A DNA stretch of 64,000 nt from positions 301,823 through 365,822 of the forward strand of contig OZ240230.1 of assembly GCA_965197855.1 (NCBI GenBank), read 5' to 3'. Of this stretch, positions 1 through 9,617 are shown in pieces. The position numbers and the translations under genes are program-made. The notes under the pieces are model-generated. The model made no database searches, was not told where the DNA came from, and saw nothing but the letters and a program-made list of their open reading frames with translations. The stretch comes from Bdellovibrionales bacterium (GTDB lineage Bacteria > Bdellovibrionota > Bdellovibrionia > Bdellovibrionales > UBA1609). The stretch's first letter is position 1; every line of letters begins with the position of its first letter.

Positions 1-107
1 CCCTAAGATTCATTCTTTCTTATTTCAACAAAATTTGATCCTTATGACCAATACTTTTTCTATTCTTCAAATATTTCCAAAAATTTAAACTGTATAAAAT
101 ATATCCA

Positions 108-2228
108 CTAGCTCCCTGTAAATACAAAAGGGAATGAAATCTCACCTGCATCTCCTTTTGTAACTGCTCCTGGAAATCTCCAATTTTTTAAACGACTTAA
201 AAGACATTGAGCTAGACTTTTACTACCTGATTCATTACTTATAACTTTGGCAGAAACAACACGATCGCCTTGAATGACCCACTTCACCTTCACTCGACCT
301 TGAATAGAAGGATTATTCTGCAACACCATGCTATGGCATCGTTCCAATTGCGCTCTATTATTCCGCACCACTCTTAAAATAGCTTCCTTATCCAAAGAGC
401 CTTCCACATCTATTTCAGAAGTTCCAAAAGACAAATTCACAGAACCTCGATTACCAAATCCTCCACCTCTTCCAAAGCCTTTAGTACCGCCGCCGCGCCC
501 CCGAGTGGCTACACCAGAAATCCCAATTAAATTTGAACCCTTTCCGCCTACACCTGCGTCTTTAAATTTTGTTCCGATACCCTCACCAGAGTAGGTCTCC
601 TTCGTTCCCGAAGAACCTGTAGCCTGATTAGCCAATCCTCCTAATTCACCAGCACCTGAATAAGCTTTATCCAATTGCTTTTGTATACCGCCTTTACCAA
701 ACACACCTAACAAACCCACTTTTGTAGGATCCGGCTTAGGACTCCTTGCCCCGGAACCTCCCTTTTTGGATTTAATGGGAGACGATCCTGAACGTGCAGA
801 AGTCACAACTTTTCTCGGTTTTTTCTTTGGCTTTTTTCTCGAAGCAACAGCTCCGATCTTACCAGGTTTCTTACCCGCTTTCTTAATTTGAACAGGTTTT
901 TTACTTTTCTTTGGAGCTTGTACAGGAATATTTTCTTTTTTTGATTGTTTTTGCTTTTGTACAGACATACGAGCTAATTTAGGCCTTGAAGGCTTAAACT
1001 GAATAGTAGCCATACGTATCACTTTTTCATCCAGTTTTTCTTCTTCCACCAAAAATCGAGGATAATAAATTCCAACAAAGAAAAAGAGAGCTAACATAAA
1101 ACAAAGTGCTAATCCTATTCCCACCAGCTCTGCTTCATTGAAATCAAAAAGTAAGGCTTTAGGCGCCTTAGTGGAAAGAGAAGTATATCGAATATACACT
1201 CTTAAAGATGGATGTAGATCCACTCTTAATACTTCCTTTTGCCCTAAAGAAAGACGGCTGGCCCCAGTTGCTGAACGAGTCATCACACCCTTTTTCAAAG
1301 CGACATTAAAGTCCACCTGTTTGTTTTCACGAATAATTTTTCCTTTCATCCCACTTTCAATATAAACCTGAGCAATTTGCCCTGCATGCACAAGGGCATA
1401 GGGTTTATTACTAAATAAATTAGGAACTTGAATCACGGCATCAGGATGATTTCCTATAGTTACTATTTCATTTTTTTTGGAATGATGAACTTCAATAATT
1501 CTTTCTTCCCAGGCAACCAAAATTTCCACGACACCTCCTCTTCCTGGAGGAATCGCGCGGTCTAAATCCTTTACCATACTGAGAGGAGCAAAAGTTTGTT
1601 TAGCCGGCTTAGTAGGCAACAAATTCTTCCAAGGGTTGGAACGAAATGACTTTCTCATTAAATCTTCCGGAGGAGCTGATTGCTCCACAGGAACTTCTGA
1701 AATACTGGCAACCGCTGGAGCCTCTTTCACAGAAGATTTCTTAGGCGGCGGTACAGGCACTGTGACTTTTTCTTTCTTAGAAGGAACTACTTTCTTTTTT
1801 GCTATTTTTTTCTTTTTTGGTTTTTTAACAGGTTTCTCTGCTTTCTCTTCAACTTCTTCAGAGGTTATTTCTACATCCTGAACAGCTTCTTCTACAGGTA
1901 CAGATGGTTTTTGAGCAGGTTTTAAGTAAGGAACACCAATAAAAAACTCAATAAGAAAATTATCAATCTGGATACGATCCCCTGCCTTCAGAGGACTCTC
2001 AATAATTTTTCGCTCATTCACAAACGTTCCCGTAGAACTGCCTAGGTCAGAAATAAAATATTCATCTCCCCTGTTTTCCACTAAGGCATGCCATGGAAGA
2101 ACATTGTCTCCATTCAAACAGATCTCCACTTCCGGACTCTGTCCAATGGATGCCTGATCCTGCCTCACCTGCTTAATACCTAGAAGCTTGTTATCTTTAT
2201 AAATTTTAAAAAAAATAGCTTGGCTCAC
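108..2228 (-). CDS. FHA-domain single-pass membrane protein with Lys/Pro-rich linkers and a TonB-C / AgmX-PglI-type C-terminal domain (GltG/GltJ-like gliding component)
   Basis: N-terminus has FHA hallmarks (SIGQSPEVEICL..WHALVENRGDEYFISDLGSSTGTFVNERKI..GDRIQI). Central hydrophobic helix LVGIGLALCFMLALFFFVGIYY. C-terminal LDKEAILRVVRNNRAQLERC..GRVKVKWVI..VVSAKV resembles the TonB-C-like tail of myxobacterial AgmX/PglI. Last gene of a TPR/OM-barrel operon. Confidence 0.6.
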   Translation of the reverse strand: MSQAIFFKIYKDNKLLGIKQVRQDQASIGQSPEVEICLNGDNVLPWHALVENRGDEYFISDLGSSTGTFVNERKIIESPLKAGDRIQIDNFLIEFFIGVPYLKPAQKPSVPVEEAVQDVEITSEEVEEKAEKPVKKPKKKKIAKKKVVPSKKEKVTVPVPPPKKSSVKEAPAVASISEVPVEQSAPPEDLMRKSFRSNPWKNLLPTKPAKQTFAPLSMVKDLDRAIPPGRGGVVEILVAWEERIIEVHHSKKNEIVTIGNHPDAVIQVPNLFSNKPYALVHAGQIAQVYIESGMKGKIIRENKQVDFNVALKKGVMTRSATGASRLSLGQKEVLRVDLHPSLRVYIRYTSLSTKAPKALLFDFNEAELVGIGLALCFMLALFFFVGIYYPRFLVEEEKLDEKVIRMATIQFKPSRPKLARMSVQKQKQSKKENIPVQAPKKSKKPVQIKKAGKKPGKIGAVASRKKPKKKPRKVVTSARSGSSPIKSKKGGSGARSPKPDPTKVGLLGVFGKGGIQKQLDKAYSGAGELGGLANQATGSSGTKETYSGEGIGTKFKDAGVGGKGSNLIGISGVATRGRGGGTKGFGRGGGFGNRGSVNLSFGTSEIDVEGSLDKEAILRVVRNNRAQLERCHSMVLQNNPSIQGRVKVKWVIQGDRVVSAKVISNESGSKSLAQCLLSRLKNWRFPGAVTKGDAGEISFPFVFTGS

Positions 2229-2237
2229 TGATTCCCC

Positions 2238-2480
2238 TTACTCAATTTCTCCTGCAGTTCTTCTCATTTCCGGCAGGAAGTCTTCCTTAAGGTCAACAAG
2301 TTTGTCATATTCCAACTGTTGTTTATTAAAAAGATGAAAAATAGTTGGATTCTTAACATGCCCTTCAATAAATTCATCTTCAAAATCTACAGTATAAACT
2401 CGCCCTTTTCTTTTCTGCGCAGATACTGACAAAGTACAAAATAATAAAATCAATAAAAGTATATATTGTTTTAATGGCAT
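2238..2480 (-). CDS. small secreted protein (occupies the GltF-like position in the operon)
   Basis: 80 aa with an N-terminal signal peptide (LLLILLFCTLSVSAQ). Tightly packed between the TPR gene and the FHA gene on the same strand. Confidence 0.4.
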   Translation of the reverse strand: MPLKQYILLLILLFCTLSVSAQKRKGRVYTVDFEDEFIEGHVKNPTIFHLFNKQQLEYDKLVDLKEDFLPEMRRTAGEIE

Positions 2481-2482
2481 TT

Positions 2483-3235
2483 TTATTTTCTCCTTTTTCT
2501 CTGATTGACAATTTTCTTTCTTAAAGATCTGATTCGATTTTGATCACTTTTATTTTGAGCTAAAAAATCAGCTTGCTCCAATACCTCCTGAGCTTCTGCA
2601 TAATCTTCAAACTGTTCCATCAAAAGTATAGCATAATTGATAAGAGATAAACTTGTCGCTTTATTTTTACGAAGTATCTGCTTATAAATTTTCCGGGCTT
2701 TTTTAAACTCTTTAGCCCAAGCCAGACTCACAGCATAATTATTGGCTATTTTAAACCAACTTCTAGATTCTTCTGCCTGATCATAAGCTCGTTCTAAAAG
2801 AGGAAGAGCCTTTGAATCACGATTTTCCAAATAAAGAGAAGACAGACTTACTAAAGAAGGAAGATAGTTTCCATTGCGACTTAAGCTTTTTTCAAAAGCT
2901 AAAACAGCTTCTTGTTTTTGCCCTTCTTTTAACGCAACCATTCCTATATTATGATGAAGTTCAGATTTCTTAGGATATATTTTTAAAGTTCGTTCAAAAA
3001 TAATTCGTGCTAAAACAAAACGTCCTCTGTCTAAATGATAAACACCTAGTTTATTTAATGCGTTAAAGTTTTTCTCATCTTCAACCAAAACCTGGAAGGC
3101 CCAACGTGTAAAACCATTACGAGATTTTGTTTTAAAGACCAGATTCATTTTCTCTTCTTTTTGAGATAAAGTGAGCTCCTCAGACAATAAAAAATGGTTA
3201 TTCAACATTAAGCAAATAATAAGAACTCTTTTCAT
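2483..3235 (-). CDS. TPR-repeat protein (GltE/AglT-like)
   Basis: Signal-like N-terminus and repeated TPR-like helical motifs (ALNKLGVYHL..ARIIFERTLKIYPK; NIGMVALKEGQKQEAVLAFEKSL). 4-nt overlap with the upstream gene. Confidence 0.5.
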   Translation of the reverse strand: MKRVLIICLMLNNHFLLSEELTLSQKEEKMNLVFKTKSRNGFTRWAFQVLVEDEKNFNALNKLGVYHLDRGRFVLARIIFERTLKIYPKKSELHHNIGMVALKEGQKQEAVLAFEKSLSRNGNYLPSLVSLSSLYLENRDSKALPLLERAYDQAEESRSWFKIANNYAVSLAWAKEFKKARKIYKQILRKNKATSLSLINYAILLMEQFEDYAEAQEVLEQADFLAQNKSDQNRIRSLRKKIVNQRKRRK

Positions 3236-6200
3236 TGTCCGACTCCAGAAAAATACAAGGAATAAAAACGTTCATTAAAACTAATAGAAGGTTTCACAAA
3301 ATTTTGATTTAACTTCTGAACTTCTCTCAGTGAACCAATATAGCCTTTAACGCTTCTGGATTTTTCAAGGGCTTGATTAAAATATTCCTGAGCGCTGTCA
3401 TTAAATGGTTTAGCTGTTTGAACCAGACCTTCCTTGTATTGCTTTCTACCTTCCCGCCCCAAGCCTTTTGGAATAGCTGATTTCAGTATAGCTTGTCCTA
3501 AATGGTGGTTAGCCAAACCCATTAATGTTAAAGAAGAAACAACTTCGGGGCCATAATTAAATCGAATGACATTTTTAATTTCATTTTTCAGTTGTTCCAG
3601 TAATTTTAATTTTCTTTGAACGGCTTGAGCTTGTAAGCTAGGATTTGCAGGAATACGAATACCAATAAATTTTTTATAAATTTGCTCCGTTAACCAAAAT
3701 TGAGATTGAGCCGCAAAAGACACACCTACTTGAAACTTCCGATGAAGACGAAGAGTTGTTTTATACCATTTCATTGCTTCTGAAACACGTCTTACACTTC
3801 GATTTAACTCAGCTAACCTAAAAGCAGAGAGAACCTGACTTAGTTTATTATTATCCGGTGACTGTAAATAACGAGTATAATTCCCAATAGCTCTGGTTTT
3901 TTGACCTCTCCTCTCATACATACGAGCTATTAAAAAATAAACCTGATTGCGCTCGATACCTTTACTTTGATTGTAGTAACTCATATATGCATTGACGGCC
4001 TCTTTATAAAAGTTAAGGCCATCAAAAATGATAGCGGCATTATACCAATACGCAGATACATTTTTTGGATATTGCTGAGCATACGACTTAAAAGCATTAG
4101 CCGCTTTTAAATACTGGCCGCTTTTTTGATAAATATCTGCTATGTCCTGCATCACTTGTTTTTGAATTTTAGGATATTGAGAGAGCCGAGAAGAACTCAC
4201 TAAAGTCTGATAGAGCCCGTTAGACTTGGGAAAGTTTTTCACTTTATTATAATTCAAAGCCGCGTTGTACAAAGCCGACACAGCTAATGGAGAGCCTTGA
4301 TTTTTTCTAAAAAACTGTTCGTACATTTTCGCGCTCTCTGCGTATTTGCCAGACTCAGCTAAATCCTGTGCTTCTTTAAATAAGGCCTGCCTTAAAATTT
4401 TGAGAATTTCTTTCCCTACAGGCAATGCGACAATATTGGATCTTTGTAAAAAAGCTTGAGCTGTTTTTTTCAAAGACTCAAAATCTTTTAATAAATTATA
4501 TGTGTCTAAAATGGAATGAATGGATCTGGAAAAATAAGGATTCTTTGAAGATGGATACTTATCTATAATACGTTTCCAATACTGAACGGCTGTATCATAA
4601 TGGCGATACTCTGAATGAAGTTTAGCCACTGTATAAAGCATATTAGGAATATTTTTTTCTTTGGGATAAAATTTGGCATATTGGTTAACAGCCATTTTAA
4701 AATTTGTAATCACTTTAGAAAATTCAATTTTCCTATTAACATTTTTTTTCTGTATAGCCTGAACTTTTTTTTCAGTAGGCAATATTTTTTCCAAAGCTAA
4801 AACACGGTTAAATGTCGCCATTTTATGATTTTTGTTTTTAGGATAGTTTTGAACTATAACATTGTACTGCTCAGCGGCCTTTTCTAATTCATTGATATCA
4901 AATAAAATTTCTCCATAATGAAATCGAATATCCGGATCAAATTTAGATTTTGGAAAAGCACGAAGATAAAGTTGATATCCTAAAATAGTTTGCTTTCGTT
5001 CACTTCTTCTCCTTGTTTTTAAAAAGGCATGGTGCATCCTAAAAGCATAATTCCTCAGAGTCACCTCCATAAGGTTTTCTGATTTTTTAATTAACTCTGT
5101 ATTAGATCTATTTCTCTTAGCCCAAACACTACCAGGCCCATAATTTTGTATCCATAAACGAAATTCTTTGTCGAAAACCTGCCGATTTCCCGCATAAGAA
5201 TAAGCTTGCACAATTTGATATTTGTAATCAAAGGCTTGAGAACTATAGGGTTCCAACTCAATAAGTAAATTAAAAATATATCTCATATTGCTGTTCTCAC
5301 CAGCATCTTTATAAGCGAATCCCACTTTTCTTAAAACAGAAACCACTTCCTTTTCACTTTTTGTTAAAGAATCAAAATAAGAATATGCTTCGCTGGCTTT
5401 CTTACTAGAATATATATAAAAACTGGATAAATCATTTAATGCTTCTGCAGAAAACCCTAAGCCGGAAGATCCTTTCATTTTACGAATGTTTTGAGCCTCT
5501 CGAATCACTCGGGTCATAAATTGCATAGCTAAATTAACTTTACCCTCATTAAATAAACACCAAGCGATTTTATAAAGAGAAAAAGAATAAAATTTGGATT
5601 GAAAACGAGAAGCACGATCATAATGAATTCTAGCAGACTTCCATTTTGCTTGATCGAAATAATATTCTCCTAAATGAAAATGAGTATCTTCCAAATAAGG
5701 GCTTTTAGGATATCCACGAATGAGTTTCTCATAATAAGTTTTTCCTATATGACTTTTATTAATTTGAAAATAACTATAGCCAAGTTGAAAATAAACTTCG
5801 GAAGCTCTACGGCTTTTTGGATATTTTTGTAAATAAATTTGAAATAAATTAATTGCTTTTTGAGAGTATTCACGCACCAAAGATAAATCTAAAGAAGGAA
5901 GTCTCTTCCTTAGGCCCCTCTTATATTTTTCCATATCTACTGTGTATTTTTCATAAATACGGCTTTCAATCAAACGGGATTGTTCCACATAAAGAGAAGC
6001 CAAACGCAATTGAATATCTGGACGCTTGCTGGTTTTAAAGAGTTCATAAAGCTGGTTAATTTCCATTTGAGTCACTTTTTCTAGCTCAGCTTCATCTGTC
6101 CCTTCATCGAAATATAAACGATTTATGGAAGGAGGTTTTACGTATTTTAATATTGCTTTCTTCTTAATTTTTCTAAAAGTCTGACGTGCTTTGGGAACAA

Positions 6201-6354
6201 CTGTCTTGCCCCTTTTTAAACGACTTCGCGCCGCCGGCTCCCTGGATAAATCTTCTGCGAATACAAATAAGCCAAAGTTAATGTACAAACCAACAAAGAT
6301 AACTAACTTAACGACAGCTTTGAGTGCCCACATAATGATAATTCCCCAATTCAT
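3232..6354 (-). CDS. large periplasmic TPR-repeat protein (GltD/AgmU-like)
   Basis: 1040 aa with an N-terminal hydrophobic segment. Many TPR-like repeats with Y..A/YP(K) signatures (QKYPKS, RGYPKSPY, QNYPKNKN, DKYPSSKN, QQYPKN). The true start is probably an internal Met because the ORF overlaps the upstream gene. Confidence 0.55.
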   Translation of the reverse strand: MNWGIIIMWALKAVVKLVIFVGLYINFGLFVFAEDLSREPAARSRLKRGKTVVPKARQTFRKIKKKAILKYVKPPSINRLYFDEGTDEAELEKVTQMEINQLYELFKTSKRPDIQLRLASLYVEQSRLIESRIYEKYTVDMEKYKRGLRKRLPSLDLSLVREYSQKAINLFQIYLQKYPKSRRASEVYFQLGYSYFQINKSHIGKTYYEKLIRGYPKSPYLEDTHFHLGEYYFDQAKWKSARIHYDRASRFQSKFYSFSLYKIAWCLFNEGKVNLAMQFMTRVIREAQNIRKMKGSSGLGFSAEALNDLSSFYIYSSKKASEAYSYFDSLTKSEKEVVSVLRKVGFAYKDAGENSNMRYIFNLLIELEPYSSQAFDYKYQIVQAYSYAGNRQVFDKEFRLWIQNYGPGSVWAKRNRSNTELIKKSENLMEVTLRNYAFRMHHAFLKTRRRSERKQTILGYQLYLRAFPKSKFDPDIRFHYGEILFDINELEKAAEQYNVIVQNYPKNKNHKMATFNRVLALEKILPTEKKVQAIQKKNVNRKIEFSKVITNFKMAVNQYAKFYPKEKNIPNMLYTVAKLHSEYRHYDTAVQYWKRIIDKYPSSKNPYFSRSIHSILDTYNLLKDFESLKKTAQAFLQRSNIVALPVGKEILKILRQALFKEAQDLAESGKYAESAKMYEQFFRKNQGSPLAVSALYNAALNYNKVKNFPKSNGLYQTLVSSSRLSQYPKIQKQVMQDIADIYQKSGQYLKAANAFKSYAQQYPKNVSAYWYNAAIIFDGLNFYKEAVNAYMSYYNQSKGIERNQVYFLIARMYERRGQKTRAIGNYTRYLQSPDNNKLSQVLSAFRLAELNRSVRRVSEAMKWYKTTLRLHRKFQVGVSFAAQSQFWLTEQIYKKFIGIRIPANPSLQAQAVQRKLKLLEQLKNEIKNVIRFNYGPEVVSSLTLMGLANHHLGQAILKSAIPKGLGREGRKQYKEGLVQTAKPFNDSAQEYFNQALEKSRSVKGYIGSLREVQKLNQNFVKPSISFNERFYSLYFSGVGQ

Positions 6355-7846
6355 CTAACCAATACTCCCCTCGGAAAGGGTAAAATTCAAATCCATTTTG
6401 AACAAAAAAATCACGACTAGTACCTTCAATAATCTGGACACTCCCAAGATGTTTAGCTGTAATTTTCTTTTTTAACTGCTCCCTCTTTCCTCTTAAACTC
6501 TCATATCTTAAATACTTTTCCTGATTCACAAAACCTTGCAATTCTTTTTGAAAAAACACCAAATGTCTTCTAACCACCCGATTAATTTGTCTTCGAGATT
6601 TACGTAAATTCTCATCCACTAATCTTAAAGCATACTGTCCCACTTTGGAAGCTCTCCATGAATAAGGAAGCCCTTTTATGGTATTTCGCTCTGATTTTAG
6701 ATACTCAATATATTGGTGCAGCCAATTAAAATCACTTTCTCTATAAATTCTTTGTGCAATCACTACAGGAAAAGTTCCTTGACCTTCCTCCAATGACCTT
6801 AAAAGTTTGGAGTAATAATGAGTAGAAGATGAAGAAAGTATACCGCGAACTTTTCCATGTACAGGAAGGTAAGTTCTTTTAAACAAAGTCAGCATCTTTT
6901 CCATCTCTTCATACTTACAAATATACATATAAATAACCGCTCTTAATAATAAAGAACCCGGTTGGTAAACATCATCATAATAATTGGAATGAAGTGTTTG
7001 AAAACCATTGAGTGCTGAACGAAACTTACCAGCCCTCAGTAAAGTCCAACTGTTTTCAAATAACATATCATGCCAAAATGATGTGTCCCTTGGAATTTGT
7101 CGGTAATACTTAATAGCTAGATCCCATTTTTTAGCTTGATAGTACACTCGAGCCATCCCCATTAAAGCCGCCACTCGAATAGGATTTGTAATCTCTTTAT
7201 TCTTAGAAAGAATTTTTGAAAACGCTCTCACAGCCTCTCTATTTTTCTTTTGTTCTGCGTAGGATAGTCCTAAATTATACATAGCTTTATTGTAAACCGG
7301 ACTCGAAAAAGAAACTTTATTCAGATACAAAGCGGCCTTTTTATAATTTCCTTTATTCATCTCATATTTGCCAAATTGGTAATAGAGAGCATCCTTATAT
7401 TTTCCTTGAACTTTTTGAGCCCCTCCTTTCTGAATAGCAAATTGTATAGTTTGTTCATTTCCAACACGAGCCGCTATTTCTGATAAACGCTCCAAACTCA
7501 AACGAGTGTAATGACGATTGCCCTTCTGCACTACAGATAAAAACTGAAAAGAAGCGGCACTTAACAACCCCATTTTCAACAATGCCATACCTAATTGATA
7601 ACGAATTTCAGAACGTCTCTTCTTATATTTGGGGCTTTGACTAATCATAAATAGTTGTTTAGACCCCTCCCGATAATCTTGTTTTTTAATGAGCTCCAAA
7701 GCTCTTACCATTTGAATATTGGCTCTGACTTTCTTGCGAACTTCACTGGCACGCTTAGAAGAATAATAACGTTTGGATTTTGGCTGAGAAAAACCAGAAG
7801 CAGAAAATAATAAACAAAAAACAACACAATATATTTGAAGTTTCAT
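6308..7846 (-). CDS. TPR-repeat protein with signal peptide (GltC-like)
   Basis: Signal peptide MKLQIYCVVFCLLFSASGFSQ followed by TPR-like repeats. Same operon. Confidence 0.5.
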   Translation of the reverse strand: MKLQIYCVVFCLLFSASGFSQPKSKRYYSSKRASEVRKKVRANIQMVRALELIKKQDYREGSKQLFMISQSPKYKKRRSEIRYQLGMALLKMGLLSAASFQFLSVVQKGNRHYTRLSLERLSEIAARVGNEQTIQFAIQKGGAQKVQGKYKDALYYQFGKYEMNKGNYKKAALYLNKVSFSSPVYNKAMYNLGLSYAEQKKNREAVRAFSKILSKNKEITNPIRVAALMGMARVYYQAKKWDLAIKYYRQIPRDTSFWHDMLFENSWTLLRAGKFRSALNGFQTLHSNYYDDVYQPGSLLLRAVIYMYICKYEEMEKMLTLFKRTYLPVHGKVRGILSSSSTHYYSKLLRSLEEGQGTFPVVIAQRIYRESDFNWLHQYIEYLKSERNTIKGLPYSWRASKVGQYALRLVDENLRKSRRQINRVVRRHLVFFQKELQGFVNQEKYLRYESLRGKREQLKKKITAKHLGSVQIIEGTSRDFFVQNGFEFYPFRGEYWLDELGNYHYVGTQSCR

Positions 7847-7847
7847 A

Positions 7848-8681
7848 CTACCTCACCTGGCGCCTTGGAAAATAAAAACTCACACCAGTCGTCATAAGTA
7901 TATCCCAGTGATGAAAAACTGGAGTTCCCCCTAAAAGTTCCCCATAGTTTCCTCCTATCAATCCTCCATAGTATTGCCAGTTAAGATCTACACGAAAAGT
8001 CATATTTCTGGATATGGCATAAGATTGTCCAATACCAAATAAAATAGTTGGTTCTGACTTTTGACGTGTTAATACCCTTGTGCCATCACGTAAATTTTCA
8101 ACACCTGTAGTTTGACATTCCCCTATATTTCCAGCCGTCCCAACAAGCTCTGACTCAGGTGAATTGGAAGAAACTTCCTTATCAGAACACCGAACACGTG
8201 TTATCCCTCCTCCAAAAAAGAAAGACATTTCAAAAGGAATAACTTTGTTATCAAACCATGCCATCTTCCCATAAATAGGAATCCATTTATAAACCAATCC
8301 CACAAAATATATAGTACGGTCTCCTACTACGGAACTCACAATTCCCAGTTTCTCTGACATATCAATCCACACACTTCTTCGGAATTCAGACGTATAAAAA
8401 CCACGAATCTCCAATCCATGTTTTTCTAAAAAATAAAAAGCTAAATTCCCGCCTACACCCGCATTGATAAAAAATTCATTGCTAAAAAGAAGCAAAGCAG
8501 ATGGAGCAATTTCAAATCGACCGGTTTTAACCAAATAACGTCTTTGAATCACCACAATATCTGAAAAAGGAGAAAGGTTATTCAAGTAAAGAGATAAACT
8601 CTTAACAGATTCCGAAGAATCTTTGAACCAATCATCTCCTGAATCCTTCGCAACAGTCCACATCGGCGTAAAAGCCAACAT
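7848..8681 (-). CDS. small outer-membrane beta-barrel protein (GltA/GltB-like)
   Basis: About 277 aa with alternating hydrophobic beta-strand pattern and a Gly/aromatic-rich C-terminal strand (MTTGVSFYFP). Paired with a second barrel of similar size. Confidence 0.5.
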   Translation of the reverse strand: MLAFTPMWTVAKDSGDDWFKDSSESVKSLSLYLNNLSPFSDIVVIQRRYLVKTGRFEIAPSALLLFSNEFFINAGVGGNLAFYFLEKHGLEIRGFYTSEFRRSVWIDMSEKLGIVSSVVGDRTIYFVGLVYKWIPIYGKMAWFDNKVIPFEMSFFFGGGITRVRCSDKEVSSNSPESELVGTAGNIGECQTTGVENLRDGTRVLTRQKSEPTILFGIGQSYAISRNMTFRVDLNWQYYGGLIGGNYGELLGGTPVFHHWDILMTTGVSFYFPRRQVR

Positions 8682-8723
8682 AAAAAATAAAATTAATACT
8701 TTACAAAAAATATATCTATCTCC

Positions 8724-9539
8724 TTAAAATAATAAAATTCCAAAACCACCACCTACAATCGTTCGAAATAAAATATCTTTCTCAGTCTTTTCATAGGGTA
8801 TCACGTCTCTTCTATTCGCATAAAGATTACAAGAATCATCACCAATGTATTCATCACCCCGTTTAATATCATTACACCAGATGGGGTTAGGCGCATGATA
8901 AATAAGAAAGTTCAAAGATCCATGAAGGTAAAACCTTCGACCAATGAAAACTTTTTGATTGAATCCTACAAGGGCGGCATAGGTCCATCTCACATCCGAT
9001 TGGTATCTATTATAATCTAAGTCCAAAGCCAAAGCTCCCAACCCAAAATATATAGATAAATTTAAATTAGTGACAACATTTGTAGCCAAAGATATTTTTC
9101 CATAAAGGGGAGCCAATACATAACTTAAAAAGAAACCAAACTGAGGATGATGAACCTTCCCAGGATCAAAGACTGTCTTGAGTTTTTTTGTTTCAGATAT
9201 GGCTAAACCAATATGAGATAACCCAGGCCAAAAATAAAGGCTAGATATACGTACACCATGAGTTTCATTAAAAAAAAACTCTACAGCTCCAGAAAAAGTA
9301 AAAGCATGCAAAAAAGGCTCATCCATGCGACCCAAAAATGAACCGCTTATTCCCAGTTTATTTTTCAACTGAACCCTGCGGTTCATAGTTACTTTTTTGT
9401 TATTTTCAAAAACAGGAAACACTGATTCAGGAGCCAACTCTTCATCTGGAAAACGAATCTCTTTAGCTTCCAAAAAAGAAAGGTAAAATAATAATAAGAA
9501 TAAATAAAAATATTTCATCTGCTGTAGCCTAAATTTCAT
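8724..9539 (-). CDS. small outer-membrane beta-barrel protein (GltA/GltB-like)
   Basis: Signal peptide (FYLFLLLFYLSFLEA). 271 aa with a beta-strand pattern and a terminal aromatic residue (GGGFGILLF), typical of OM barrels. Confidence 0.5.
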   Translation of the reverse strand: MKFRLQQMKYFYLFLLLFYLSFLEAKEIRFPDEELAPESVFPVFENNKKVTMNRRVQLKNKLGISGSFLGRMDEPFLHAFTFSGAVEFFFNETHGVRISSLYFWPGLSHIGLAISETKKLKTVFDPGKVHHPQFGFFLSYVLAPLYGKISLATNVVTNLNLSIYFGLGALALDLDYNRYQSDVRWTYAALVGFNQKVFIGRRFYLHGSLNFLIYHAPNPIWCNDIKRGDEYIGDDSCNLYANRRDVIPYEKTEKDILFRTIVGGGFGILLF

Positions 9540-9617
9540 TTTAGAAATTTATAGCAAAAAATTGTAGGCTTATTTTCAGAGATTAAAGCGAAAAGCTATT
9601 GTTTAAAAATTAGACAC

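Noticed and set aside
328-1881. Plus-strand ORFs 328-594, 1138-1365 and 1636-1881
   Set aside because: These are shadow ORFs antisense to the 706-aa FHA/TonB-like gene. Their low-complexity translations mirror the Lys/Pro-rich coding strand. The same reasoning applies to other antisense ORFs inside long genes: 4615-4800, 5853-6038, 9651-9872, 12607-12885, 13500-13694, 14384-14590, 16390-16641, 21805-22107, 24926-25168, 27098-27391, 27501-27812, 27909-28100, 29152-29379, 36143-37677, 44602-44903, 47569-47790, 51088-51279, 52189-52392, 54648-54848, 63115-63297 and 63642-63824. Same-strand nested or out-of-frame ORFs are likewise rejected: 13100-13285, 15807-16019, 29360-29653, 33842-34042, 45022-45315, 45403-45606 and 56905-57132.
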